This document shows positions 15,136 to 24,723 of a stretch of DNA of 43,955 nucleotides, one piece after another. Position 1 is the stretch's first letter; every line of letters starts with the position of its first letter. A model generated the notes under the pieces. It made no database searches, had not been told where the DNA came from, and worked only from the letters and a program-made list of their open reading frames with translations. Both the position numbers and the translations under genes were made by a program. Source of the DNA: a virus; the UHGV virus genome UHGV-0152227. One strand, given 5' to 3'.

Positions 15136-17757
15136 TTATCGTCCTGATTGCTGGCCGTTCTGGAAAATGTTAATCAGGTTGTCGCGCTGACTTTCTGCGC
15201 TGTATTCCTTAGACTGTCCGGGAGTATATTTCACCGGAGTATCAATGAACTTGGTAATGCTGTTCCATACTGATCGGTTGGTTGTTCCCAGTTTCGCCAG
15301 ATCGTTGAACGGCACCGTAATCGGGTTGCCGTCGGCACCGTTGACGATCAGCCCGTTGAGCATCAGGGTAAGTCCTGTTTCGTCGCTGTTGGTAACCCAC
15401 TGCGCATTATCACGAATGCGGGAGATACTCTGCTCACGGTTGACCTCATCAGGTAGCCTTGGGTCACCAATAAGCGGCATAATCTGATCTGCTGACAGGT
15501 TTTTCAGATACGCATTGGCACCATCGTTAACGTCACGAATATCTATCCCTGCACGATTAGGTAGCCGCCAAGTGCCATTGGTCTGGTACTGCTCGCCGAG
15601 GATGTCCTGATACGCCTGTTTTGCTGCATCAGACGCCGACATTCCGCGCTGCATGTTGATGTAAGTAAGTCGTTTTCCCTGCTCGTTGAAGTTATTCCAC
15701 ACGGCAGTGCCACCAGGCTGAACAACCATCGTGCCAGCAAAATCTTTCGATTGGTCATTCCATGACGAGTCGGCGCTATCCGCGTCGGTTTTCTCAAGAC
15801 TGCCGCGTAAGTCAGCAGTTTTAACGCTACGGTTTTGCCAGAGCGCATTTGCCGCGCGCGGGTTCTCGGTAGCCATGACAACCTGCAACGCAGGATAAGC
15901 GCTCTTCTGAACCTGCTGCATCACCTGATCCGAGTATTTGCCGAACGACTGCGCCACCGACTGAATGGCCTTAACGCTAGATTCCTGCGTGTTGTCAATA
16001 CGCTGCAGTACATCATTGACCATGGACTCCGGTAAAACTTTTTTGCTCATTATCCCCAGGCGGTCTTTTTCAGACTGTATGCGGGAAACTAGGTATTCAC
16101 CAGATGAAGGGTCATTCAGGTACTGCTGGAATGCAGCCTGCACAACCGGAGAGTTTTGTTGCAGCCATGCCCCCGGATCCGCTTCCCGCGCCTTCAGTAC
16201 CTGCCCAAGCTTGACCTTTGCCGATGCATAAAGCTCTGCTTTGTATTTAAAGTCAGGGTCGTTTTCCTGCGGTGCCATTGCCTGCACGGCGGCGGTACCC
16301 TGCTGGACGTTGCCCTGCATAATGGTCTGATAAACAGGTTGTAGCGTCATTGCCTGCTGGTATTGCTGGAAGGTTTTTTCCATCTGCAGGCGCTCGGCAG
16401 GCGCTGCCTGAAGCGGCATAACGGCGGCCCATTCGTGCGCTGAAATAGGCGTCACCTGCTTACCGGCCTCAATTTTGGATAGGTCGTCCTGCATTCGACT
16501 CTGTAGCGCAACGCGACCGGCTGAAGCCTGCATGTCGTACATGCCAGCAACCTTGCTCATCATCTGCGACTTTTTGTCCGGACTCATGGCGTTCCAGAAT
16601 GGCTGTGCGATGAGGTTTTCCATCGTCGCAGATCCAGGAATAGCTCCAGCACTGCCAGTTACTTTTGCCACATAATTGCGCGTCTCGTCGTATGGGATAG
16701 CTGCGGCAAACTGGGCGTTACTGACTTCGCCTGTGCGCGGATCGCCAATCTGTTTAATCCAGCCGTCAACCTTTCCTGGGCCAGCGTTATAGGCAGCTAC
16801 TGCCAGAACCGGGTTATTGTCGTATTTCTTCATCTGCGCGCCGAAATAAGCTTGCCCCAAGCGGGCATTATAGCGCGGGTCATTCAACCATTTATCGCGG
16901 TCCCACGGCACGCCAGCAAGGCGGGCAGCTTCGGGGCCAGTATCTTCCGTCACCTGCGCTACGCCAACAGCGCCTTTTGGCGACACCAGAGGTGTTCCGT
17001 CCTTTCCGTACTGATTTCCGCCACTCTCCTGCCAGATTATTGCAGAGAATAACTGCGCCTCACTCGGTGTATCGGTTACCTCAATCTTGCCGTTCGGACC
17101 CATCATCTGTTGATACATCGGCACATACCACGCCTCCGCCGCACCGTTCGCGGCATTCTCGCGCCACGAAACCCAGTTCTGTTCGATCTCTTCCTGACTC
17201 TGGCCGTGGGCTTCGCCGTAAGCGATGATGCTATGATATGCCTTCAATCCTGCCTGGTTTGCCATTGTCGGGTTACGGAACTGCATCGATAGGTTTTTTA
17301 GTGTCGCATCCTGCATATCCGCCTCATACTGGCGAACCTGTCCTATTTCGTACCTCCCGGCCTGCGTAGTGAACTGAATGCGCTGCTGCTGCGCCTGCTG
17401 CATGAAAGCATTACGAGCCTGTTCATCCGGCAGCGACATAGCCAGTTGTTCGACCTGAGCATCAAACTGCTGCGTATACTCCTGACCTTTTCCAATAGCA
17501 TTTTTCCCTTTCAGGTTAAGCAATCCTGTTTCAGGATTATTCAGCAGATCACTGCTTATCTGACTGAGGTTAAGAGATGCCTCCTGAGCCAGAGCGATAT
17601 TGGCACGCTGTTTTGCCTGACCAAAAACATCAATTGCCTCTGTCCCTGCCCGAACAAAAGCATCACCAATACCTGGCTGAGAAAACGTCTGCAAGCCTGC
17701 TGACTGAACTCCACGGCTCTGAACCTGACGGCCGGATACTGTTGGTACGACTGGCAT
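15136..17757 (-). CDS. Internal virion protein with lytic transglycosylase (SLT) domain
   Basis: SLT motifs AIIWQESGGNQYG ... AAYNAGPGKV; ATG at 17757 with GGAGG RBS (ORF-track start at 17832 is upstream read-through). Confidence 0.75.
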   Translation of the reverse strand: MPVVPTVSGRQVQSRGVQSAGLQTFSQPGIGDAFVRAGTEAIDVFGQAKQRANIALAQEASLNLSQISSDLLNNPETGLLNLKGKNAIGKGQEYTQQFDAQVEQLAMSLPDEQARNAFMQQAQQQRIQFTTQAGRYEIGQVRQYEADMQDATLKNLSMQFRNPTMANQAGLKAYHSIIAYGEAHGQSQEEIEQNWVSWRENAANGAAEAWYVPMYQQMMGPNGKIEVTDTPSEAQLFSAIIWQESGGNQYGKDGTPLVSPKGAVGVAQVTEDTGPEAARLAGVPWDRDKWLNDPRYNARLGQAYFGAQMKKYDNNPVLAVAAYNAGPGKVDGWIKQIGDPRTGEVSNAQFAAAIPYDETRNYVAKVTGSAGAIPGSATMENLIAQPFWNAMSPDKKSQMMSKVAGMYDMQASAGRVALQSRMQDDLSKIEAGKQVTPISAHEWAAVMPLQAAPAERLQMEKTFQQYQQAMTLQPVYQTIMQGNVQQGTAAVQAMAPQENDPDFKYKAELYASAKVKLGQVLKAREADPGAWLQQNSPVVQAAFQQYLNDPSSGEYLVSRIQSEKDRLGIMSKKVLPESMVNDVLQRIDNTQESSVKAIQSVAQSFGKYSDQVMQQVQKSAYPALQVVMATENPRAANALWQNRSVKTADLRGSLEKTDADSADSSWNDQSKDFAGTMVVQPGGTAVWNNFNEQGKRLTYINMQRGMSASDAAKQAYQDILGEQYQTNGTWRLPNRAGIDIRDVNDGANAYLKNLSADQIMPLIGDPRLPDEVNREQSISRIRDNAQWVTNSDETGLTLMLNGLIVNGADGNPITVPFNDLAKLGTTNRSVWNSITKFIDTPVKYTPGQSKEYSAESQRDNLINIFQNGQQSGR

Positions 17758-18302
17758 TATAATCCTCCGGGTAATCTGGTTCCTGCTGCTGCCCCGATTG
17801 GCGCAGGGGTGCTTTGAGTAAACGGACTCCACGTCCCACCAAACATCTGGTACGCACCGTATGCCTTCAGAGGCGCAGTGAGCAATGTTGTTGCTGCTCC
17901 CACATTCCCCTGTTTACGGGCTGAACTGGCTTCTGCTTTATAGTTGGCAGCCTGAACCTGATAACCGTAAGCCTCGCGTTGCGCGTTATTCACCGTCGTC
18001 AGAGAATCAAGAGCGCCAAACTGGGCAGTGTCGCCAAATATATCCAGCGCGTTACCTGTAGATAAATCAGCGCCGGTAGCCCCCATTGTCGCCGCCTGTG
18101 TACCAAGCCGCTGTCGGGTCTCTCTGCGCCGTTGCTCAGCTTCAGCGTTACCTCTGTTTATTGCATCATTTGCCTGAGCTGTGGCTATATCTGCGTTCGC
18201 TTCTGCAACCTTCGAGGCATACTTTCCCTGTTGGTACTGGGTGTATGCCTGAATGCCACTCATGGCGAGCATTGCGCCACCAGCAATAACCGGATCGCAC
18301 AT
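17757..18302 (-). CDS. Virion protein, 181 aa (internal core protein candidate)
   Basis: Position between tail tubular and SLT genes; coupled overlaps. Confidence 0.5.
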   Translation of the reverse strand: MCDPVIAGGAMLAMSGIQAYTQYQQGKYASKVAEANADIATAQANDAINRGNAEAEQRRRETRQRLGTQAATMGATGADLSTGNALDIFGDTAQFGALDSLTTVNNAQREAYGYQVQAANYKAEASSARKQGNVGAATTLLTAPLKAYGAYQMFGGTWSPFTQSTPAPIGAAAGTRLPGGL

Positions 18303-18766
18303 TATTTTCTCTCCATGTGAAATCTGTGGAAATTAAGACCAAGAGCACCATAAGGCGCGGCTTCTTCAAGCCTGAATCCAAGCCAGTGCAGCCATGCTTT
18401 GGCAACATGGTTTCGCTCGTCGACATAGTTTTCCAGGCGCGGATAAACTGCCAGCATCTGCTGCAATACAGGGCGGCAGTGGCGCAGAAATGTCTTCTGA
18501 TATTTTTCAATACGGCTGGTTCCTACCAGCCAGGGCGTACCATTGCCACCGATCATTGACGCCGGAGATACACCAAACATGGTTACCAGTTCTCCGTTCG
18601 CGAACCCTGACCAGGCCATAGTCGCAGTGCGCAGACCAACACGCAGCGCATCTTTGGTAGTCATCAGCGATACCGCATACAGTTCGTCAATATCAGCCTG
18701 ACGAACATCCGGCAAAATCATCTGAAGATGCTCTTCGGTAGCGGGAATAATTTGAACATCGATCAT
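18302..18766 (-). CDS. Structural-module protein, 154 aa
   Basis: Coupled to flanking structural genes; no clear motif. Confidence 0.5.
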   Translation of the reverse strand: MIDVQIIPATEEHLQMILPDVRQADIDELYAVSLMTTKDALRVGLRTATMAWSGFANGELVTMFGVSPASMIGGNGTPWLVGTSRIEKYQKTFLRHCRPVLQQMLAVYPRLENYVDERNHVAKAWLHWLGFRLEEAAPYGALGLNFHRFHMERK

Positions 18767-21231
18767 CAGAATCCCCCAACAGTAAGGCGAGGAATAACGG
18801 CAAGAACAGACAGCGGCAACGGGTCAAGCTGACGGATTTTTACACGTCCGTTTTTGCCCCAGTTACTGTCCAGTTTCACTTCTACTTTTCCGGTAGCATC
18901 ATCAACAGGATCATCGTAGAACTCGAATTCACGCTGTGGATATTCGTACCATTTGCCGCCGGGCGTAGTCGCCCAGATGCCGCGACTGGCATTCACAACC
19001 AGAGTAACGGACGGGATCACCTGTTTTTTGTCCAGCAGCGTTTCCTGTCCGTTAATGTTGATATCCAGTGTTTCGAATTCAGCAGTTATTGGCAGGCCGA
19101 TGTGCACAACAGCCCCAGGTGATTCCAGCGTGACGGCACCTCCGGAAACCACTTTCTGTGGTTCCACGTTCGCATCAGAGAGAATGTTTACGGTCTGGCC
19201 TTCAAGATGAGACAGGCCTCCAAATGTCCGGCGCGCCATCTGCCAGTTCGTGGTGGCCACATTCCTGAGGGATGGCGGGACGTTCCTGTTAGCACGAACC
19301 ACTACTGCGGTATTGCTGGTTACAGAAATAATGTCGCAACGTAATTCTTTTGACACTTCATCGCCAGTATCAGGATCAGTTCCGGTATAAGGGAACTGTA
19401 GTTGCGCACCGACATCACTACTGGTGAAGTACGCACCACCAGAAACACTGATTGTATATTCCTCGCGGTAATCCCATTCGCCAGAACCACCAGTGATGAT
19501 CATCGTTCTGTCAGACGTATTTCTTCCATCATAGCTAAGGCCAGAATCAACAAAGAAAGCATCTTCATCGCTGGTAAATAAACGGCTGGACAGTCGCTCG
19601 ATGTATCTCACTGTTTGCCCGTTAACGGTTCGGTTAACGACGAAATACACCGCATCTTCATTGCCTTCGCTGATACTGCATGTGCTTTCATATTTTCCGG
19701 TACTGGATTGTGGTGCCCATGCAAAAACCTGCTGATCACGCAAATAGGTCATCACCAGTAATTTACCGTCATCACGAATGCAGAAGGCGCTGGAGTAAGG
19801 GACAATAGAGAAGCACCAGTCAACAATGCTGTGCTTCTGAAAAAGATGATTGGCAAGGATGGTCAGGTCGTTCCCCTGATAGCCGTCAACATCGAATGAG
19901 TAGGCCAGATCACGGACAACACTGCCTTTCTCCTGGACGAACAGAGCAATATTCGCCACGGCAATTGGTGGGACATTGCTCGAGCCATTTGATCCCTGAG
20001 AGCTGAATGCAAATGATGATGGGGTAAGCACTTTGTTCTGGTCGCCGGTGATGACGTACTCACCTCCGGAAGTCAGCGCCACCAGCGAACCGACATCAAT
20101 CAGGTGGCGGATCTCATTAACCTGACGCCCGGCATAGGTGTAGATAATTCTGTCGTCATCCTGCGTAGGATTGCTTTTGCCAAAATCCTTATAATCCCCG
20201 GTACGGCTGACCCAGATAGTCTGAGGGAACGCAGTCGATGCGGCGAAGTAAAGACGTTGTTGATAATAAACAACAGTGCCAGGATAACCATTAACACTGT
20301 TCCAGGCATATTTAGCCCATTTATAGCTGGCATTATCCTCGCCAACTACCTGCGAAGGGATATAGGAAATCACCTCGGCAGTTGCAGTAGTTCCATTTGC
20401 AGCAGTGATACGGGCAATGCCAAAACCACTGTGCAGATATTCCCACTCAATGCCAGTATCATCATCACCGGATCCGCCCCAGCCATCCCATGATGTGCCT
20501 TCTGTATGCGAAGGGCGCAAAGTGCCTGTTTTGCCTACTGTAACGGCGCGATAGTAGTTACTGTCTGCACGGCGAATATCGCCAATTGACGTACTCTTAC
20601 TGGTTTCCCATACCGGCACAGAATCCACTGCAGGCTGTTCCAGATAGAACAATTTGCCTACCTGCTCCGCGCCAAAAATAGAGGCGCTTGCCGTTAACGT
20701 AATTGTCCCGGTGCTGGCGCTGGCATAAACCGTCACTGACTCGTCAATATTGATATCTTCAAATGGTCCGTTCTTCGTTACCACATCAACCAGTTGCCAG
20801 TTGTCATGCGCATAGCGACGCAACTCTTTCGGGGGGTATGCCGGATGAACAAGCGTAAGCACGTCGGCGCTTTGCGTGAATTTAATTCGGAACAGATCGG
20901 CTTCAGTATATGGCGTGGAAATTTCATAAATAACATTGCTGCTGTTCAGCACCAACGCACCATCTTTGATAACGCGCATGTACTGGTGTCCGAACTCCAG
21001 AGCATAAGTCTGAACCGTCGAGAACTGGAACGGGATCAGGCGGCATTTCCGATTTGGGTATTTGGCGGCACCGACAAAACGCGTACCAGGTCGATTCTCA
21101 ACTCCGCCATACTGCCGCACGATAAAGTTATCGCACTTGCGCAATGCCACCTGGTACTTCGCCATACGACCGTACAACGACGGTCCAATCTCACCACCGG
21201 CAAAGCTGGGCTGGATCCAACTGATAGCCAT
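18766..21231 (-). CDS. Tail tubular protein B-like (nozzle, T7 gp12-like)
   Basis: N-terminal GGEIGPSLY motif reminiscent of T7 gp12 N-terminus; size and position after the gp11-like gene. Confidence 0.55.
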   Translation of the reverse strand: MAISWIQPSFAGGEIGPSLYGRMAKYQVALRKCDNFIVRQYGGVENRPGTRFVGAAKYPNRKCRLIPFQFSTVQTYALEFGHQYMRVIKDGALVLNSSNVIYEISTPYTEADLFRIKFTQSADVLTLVHPAYPPKELRRYAHDNWQLVDVVTKNGPFEDINIDESVTVYASASTGTITLTASASIFGAEQVGKLFYLEQPAVDSVPVWETSKSTSIGDIRRADSNYYRAVTVGKTGTLRPSHTEGTSWDGWGGSGDDDTGIEWEYLHSGFGIARITAANGTTATAEVISYIPSQVVGEDNASYKWAKYAWNSVNGYPGTVVYYQQRLYFAASTAFPQTIWVSRTGDYKDFGKSNPTQDDDRIIYTYAGRQVNEIRHLIDVGSLVALTSGGEYVITGDQNKVLTPSSFAFSSQGSNGSSNVPPIAVANIALFVQEKGSVVRDLAYSFDVDGYQGNDLTILANHLFQKHSIVDWCFSIVPYSSAFCIRDDGKLLVMTYLRDQQVFAWAPQSSTGKYESTCSISEGNEDAVYFVVNRTVNGQTVRYIERLSSRLFTSDEDAFFVDSGLSYDGRNTSDRTMIITGGSGEWDYREEYTISVSGGAYFTSSDVGAQLQFPYTGTDPDTGDEVSKELRCDIISVTSNTAVVVRANRNVPPSLRNVATTNWQMARRTFGGLSHLEGQTVNILSDANVEPQKVVSGGAVTLESPGAVVHIGLPITAEFETLDININGQETLLDKKQVIPSVTLVVNASRGIWATTPGGKWYEYPQREFEFYDDPVDDATGKVEVKLDSNWGKNGRVKIRQLDPLPLSVLAVIPRLTVGGF

Positions 21232-21836
21232 CAGGACAACCTCGCAATGGTAAACTCGTCAACCGGTGGCAGTGGTTCCTGTGATTCATTCTGGCTATGC
21301 GAGCCAGCACTAAGAATCACGCGATTGTACATATTGAGGGCAAACGTACCGAGGTCTGCATTCCCAGTCAGCGCCATGTTAATAGCTGCCGCAAGACGCC
21401 AGGCCAACGCCTCCATAAAAATGGCATCAAACATGTTCACATCTGTAACGCGAGATACATACTTGAGCCATGCCTGCGGCTGGTCTGTGTAGATCAACTT
21501 TCCTGTTCCGTTGGTGTCTGCACCAACTTCGTACTGAACGCGCATTGCTGCTGTTGGATTGCGTACACCAGGAAGCATAATTTCAGTAATGCGCAGACAA
21601 TCGGACGGGTACTGGTACGCATATTCCCAGTCAGGCGGTGGATTGCTCGTATCTGCAAGCGCCACGCGTTTGGTAGCAAAGTTCCAGTCAAAATCAGAAA
21701 GCACAGCATCACGGCAGGCCTCAAAGTGCAGCGAACATTCCCCCGCTTCCTTGCTGGCTTCCGTCAGGCTGTTAATACTGCGGCTGTTGCCAATATTGGA
21801 CAGCGCACGATTGCAGATCTCTACTACAGAGGCCAT
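21231..21836 (-). CDS. Tail tubular protein A-like (adaptor, T7 gp11-like)
   Basis: ~200 aa; N-terminal NRALSNIG...SLTE pattern resembling T7 gp11; precedes the gp12-like gene. Confidence 0.5.
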   Translation of the reverse strand: MASVVEICNRALSNIGNSRSINSLTEASKEAGECSLHFEACRDAVLSDFDWNFATKRVALADTSNPPPDWEYAYQYPSDCLRITEIMLPGVRNPTAAMRVQYEVGADTNGTGKLIYTDQPQAWLKYVSRVTDVNMFDAIFMEALAWRLAAAINMALTGNADLGTFALNMYNRVILSAGSHSQNESQEPLPPVDEFTIARLS

Positions 21837-21892
21837 AAGTTTCTATACTCCTGCAATAAAGGGGCCGAAGCCCCTTGTCTGATTCGCGAGGC

Positions 21893-22237
21893 TTACACGC
21901 CCAGTTCTTTACGCTTATCTGCGATCTTCTCGCGTAGCGTTTCGGCTTTGGCGTTATGGTGTGGCTTCTCGTTAAAGAGCAATTCGTACTCTTCACGGAG
22001 CTTATCCAGTTCACCATCATCTGACACATCGTTGATGATTTTGGTGCTGGTTGCTGCCATAGACACCTTTCCTGCAACTTTTGCTTTTGCCTGTCTGGCT
22101 GCATCGTTAACAGGTTCCAGTGCGCTACCAGGCTCACCTTCGTATTCGATTTCTGCCCCCTCTGGCCACAGAGTGTTATGGATATGAGAGAGGCGCAGAA
22201 CGCGGTATCTTGGTTTCTCACCTGACATCGATATCAC
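21893..22237 (-). CDS. Head-module protein, 114 aa
   Basis: Between capsid and tail genes; charged C-terminal helix. Confidence 0.45.
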   Translation of the reverse strand: MISMSGEKPRYRVLRLSHIHNTLWPEGAEIEYEGEPGSALEPVNDAARQAKAKVAGKVSMAATSTKIINDVSDDGELDKLREEYELLFNEKPHHNAKAETLREKIADKRKELGV

Positions 22238-22238
22238 C

Positions 22239-22676
22239 TTAACCAGTTACTTTTGAGCGGATCGGGTACGGCGTATTGGCATCAACATCCAGACTGATAC
22301 CCGCAGTGAATTTGCCAGCCGTTAGTGGGCCAGTTGCGACGGAGTAGTTAACACGCAGATATCGCTGAACACCGGCAGGCACCTTTGCAGAAACAACTCG
22401 TTTACCTGCTGTCAGGGCGGTCTTTGCCAGTGCGCCACTATCATAAATAGTGGTCCATGAGCTGTTATTCTCACTCGTCTGCAACTGGATGTTTACAGTT
22501 GCATCACCGCTTGCCGCGGCGGCTGCGTTAACCAGCGCCCAAAACTCAAGCGGGTAACCCACGCCGATATCACGACGTTTTCCGTCAATTGGACCGAGAT
22601 CGATTACGTCAGTAGAAGCCGCGGTATTCGTAACCGCCTGAGCTTCGGAGAACATCAACAGTTTGTCGGTGATCAT
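22239..22676 (-). CDS. Putative capsid decoration protein, 145 aa
   Basis: Immediately downstream of major capsid gene; Ala/Thr/Gly-rich beta-type composition. Confidence 0.45.
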   Translation of the reverse strand: MITDKLLMFSEAQAVTNTAASTDVIDLGPIDGKRRDIGVGYPLEFWALVNAAAAASGDATVNIQLQTSENNSSWTTIYDSGALAKTALTAGKRVVSAKVPAGVQRYLRVNYSVATGPLTAGKFTAGISLDVDANTPYPIRSKVTG

Positions 22677-22727
22677 CTTCTTTCTCCATTAGTGGGTCTG
22701 TTACGACCCACAGGTTAATAACAGGCG

Positions 22728-23714
22728 TTACACCACGCGGGCTTCTGTTTCCAGAAGCGCATCAGTTTCACGGATTGGTACACCACGGAATGAAGTCCAC
22801 CACTCGCCTTCTGTCTCTTTTACGCTGATCGCCAGAGATGTTTTCTCCAGAGATTGCAGATCAAGAGCCTGACCTACAGTGCGGTTCATGTAGAACACTG
22901 GGCGCCCCATGCCACGGTTTGGAATGCGATGCAGTGCTTTAACCATCAACTTCGCAATATTTGCGGCAGAGGAAGGTTCTGAAAGATTGCTGACATCGAT
23001 GTTTGCAATGCGAACAACATAACGCCAGTCACGCAGAGCAAGTCCGTTGTCCCATTTGTAATGGGTACGGTAGCCTTCGTACTTGCCGCCATTAGCATCT
23101 TCCAGTGTCACCTGGCCTTTATCTTCCATCTGAATGCCAGCCTTCTGCCCTTTCGGGAAGATGCCATGCACGGTGTTTTCGCCCCACACCACTAACCAGA
23201 TTGAGGTGTTATCTGTACCCGTGCCACCAGCATCAATGATGTTCTGAGCATTACCTGCAGACAGGCTGGAATAGCGGGAGGACAGTCCCATAAACTGCTG
23301 AGGGTTAACGCTGGAATCACCATAAAACAGCGTCTGCGCCATCTGCTGATTCATCGCTTCAATAAATGCGCGGTCTTCAGACAGGCGGAATTCGGCGGTA
23401 TTGCCGTTCAGATCAGCCAGTGACTTATCGACTTCAGCATAGGTTTCCAGCATGCCCACGGAATCGGTTACCTGCACTGTGGTTGATTTGCTTGGCTGTA
23501 CGCCATAGTTCAGCAAACGCCAGGTAGCTGAAGGTAAACCAGAACGAATGGTGGTTTTGTGTCCGGTAGGAAGGTTCCCTTCGACAAAAGGCATATCCTG
23601 AAGGATCGGGTTAGTTTGACCGAGAAGCTCGATAATCTTATCGACTTTCCCATCTGGATCGACGCGCTTACCCCAGTCAGCCAGCGTTAGCGCAGTTAAG
23701 CCTTTAACAGCCAT
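22728..23714 (-). CDS. Major capsid protein
   Basis: ~330 aa directly after scaffold gene; AGAGAGG RBS spaced for ATG 23714 (ATG 23720 is too close to the RBS). Confidence 0.75.
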   Translation of the reverse strand: MAVKGLTALTLADWGKRVDPDGKVDKIIELLGQTNPILQDMPFVEGNLPTGHKTTIRSGLPSATWRLLNYGVQPSKSTTVQVTDSVGMLETYAEVDKSLADLNGNTAEFRLSEDRAFIEAMNQQMAQTLFYGDSSVNPQQFMGLSSRYSSLSAGNAQNIIDAGGTGTDNTSIWLVVWGENTVHGIFPKGQKAGIQMEDKGQVTLEDANGGKYEGYRTHYKWDNGLALRDWRYVVRIANIDVSNLSEPSSAANIAKLMVKALHRIPNRGMGRPVFYMNRTVGQALDLQSLEKTSLAISVKETEGEWWTSFRGVPIRETDALLETEARVV

Positions 23715-23728
23715 TGTCATTTCCTCTC

Positions 23729-24424
23729 TTATTTGCCATAGAGCACTTCGGCCGCACTACGCTGGCCTTCATTACCACCGGTGACCATGCCATCTTCAGA
23801 CATCGCCTTTCCGATTTTCACGAACGTTTTGACCAGATCAGGGTGATTACCCAGCCCGGTGGTGTTCAGATATTCTTTGAGTTCAGGTGTCCCGAACTGG
23901 TCAAGCGCACGCTGTGCGGCGCTAAGGTTAGAAATCAACTTGTCGCCACCGATTTCTTTGTCAGCTTTTACATCCGCAGCCCACTGCTCGGTTGTTTTCT
24001 GCCAGGCTTCTGCCTGGCGCTGCTGAACACCTGCCAGAATCTTCGGATAAGCATCAACCAGCTTTTGCGCTTGCTCGTTGGTCAGGTTAAGTTCTCGCGC
24101 CACCGGCTCGAATTCCTTCAACGCTTCTGTATCCAGCTCTACGCCTTCGGCTGCCTGAAACTCGTACTTCTCAGGCGCACCCTCTGGTTTATCGCCGTCC
24201 TTTTTTTCACCCTGCTTATCGTTTTCAGATTTTTTTTCATCATCAGGTTTATCGACATCAACAACAGGTTGTGGCTTATCACCTTCCTGTTGTGATGGAT
24301 CACCAGCTGGAGCAGGGTTATCACCTGCATGCGCTGACGGTTCTGACGCAGCCGGAGCTGCCCCACCATCGACTTGTTGCTCATTGCAAAGACGGCGATA
24401 CAGCAAACGCTCAAATAAACTCAT
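23729..24424 (-). CDS. Scaffolding protein
   Basis: Highly acidic, Lys/Glu/Asp-rich helical protein between portal and capsid; ATG 24424 with AGGAG RBS. Confidence 0.7.
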   Translation of the reverse strand: MSLFERLLYRRLCNEQQVDGGAAPAASEPSAHAGDNPAPAGDPSQQEGDKPQPVVDVDKPDDEKKSENDKQGEKKDGDKPEGAPEKYEFQAAEGVELDTEALKEFEPVARELNLTNEQAQKLVDAYPKILAGVQQRQAEAWQKTTEQWAADVKADKEIGGDKLISNLSAAQRALDQFGTPELKEYLNTTGLGNHPDLVKTFVKIGKAMSEDGMVTGGNEGQRSAAEVLYGK

Positions 24425-24426
24425 GA

Positions 24427-24723
24427 TCACTCCTGTTCACTGGCCTCTTTGGCCATCTTCAAATACTGTTCAGGGCAATGCGCCATAACGCGCTGAAACA
24501 GTTCCAGCGCCAGATTGCGTTGCCCCTCATTAAATGCCATTGCCATAGCATCCATCGGAGAGATAGCGGAAAACACCCGGCCTTTCTCCAGCACCGACCA
24601 GACAACGCGACGCCCCTGTTCACTGCTCATGACAAAGCGAATGTCATCAATTTCACGCTGTGCCATGTCACGTTGCTTACGGGCGTTTTCTTCTTTCAGT
24701 TGATCGTCTTCGTAATCTGTCAT
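24427..24723 (-). CDS. Small head-module protein, 98 aa
   Basis: ATGA overlap with portal stop; acidic. Confidence 0.5.
   Translation of the reverse strand: MTDYEDDQLKEENARKQRDMAQREIDDIRFVMSSEQGRRVVWSVLEKGRVFSAISPMDAMAMAFNEGQRNLALELFQRVMAHCPEQYLKMAKEASEQE

Noticed and set aside
20794-22187. Plus-strand ORFs of 232 and 296 aa across the tail tubular and head genes
   Set aside because: Shadow ORFs antisense to the coupled structural operon
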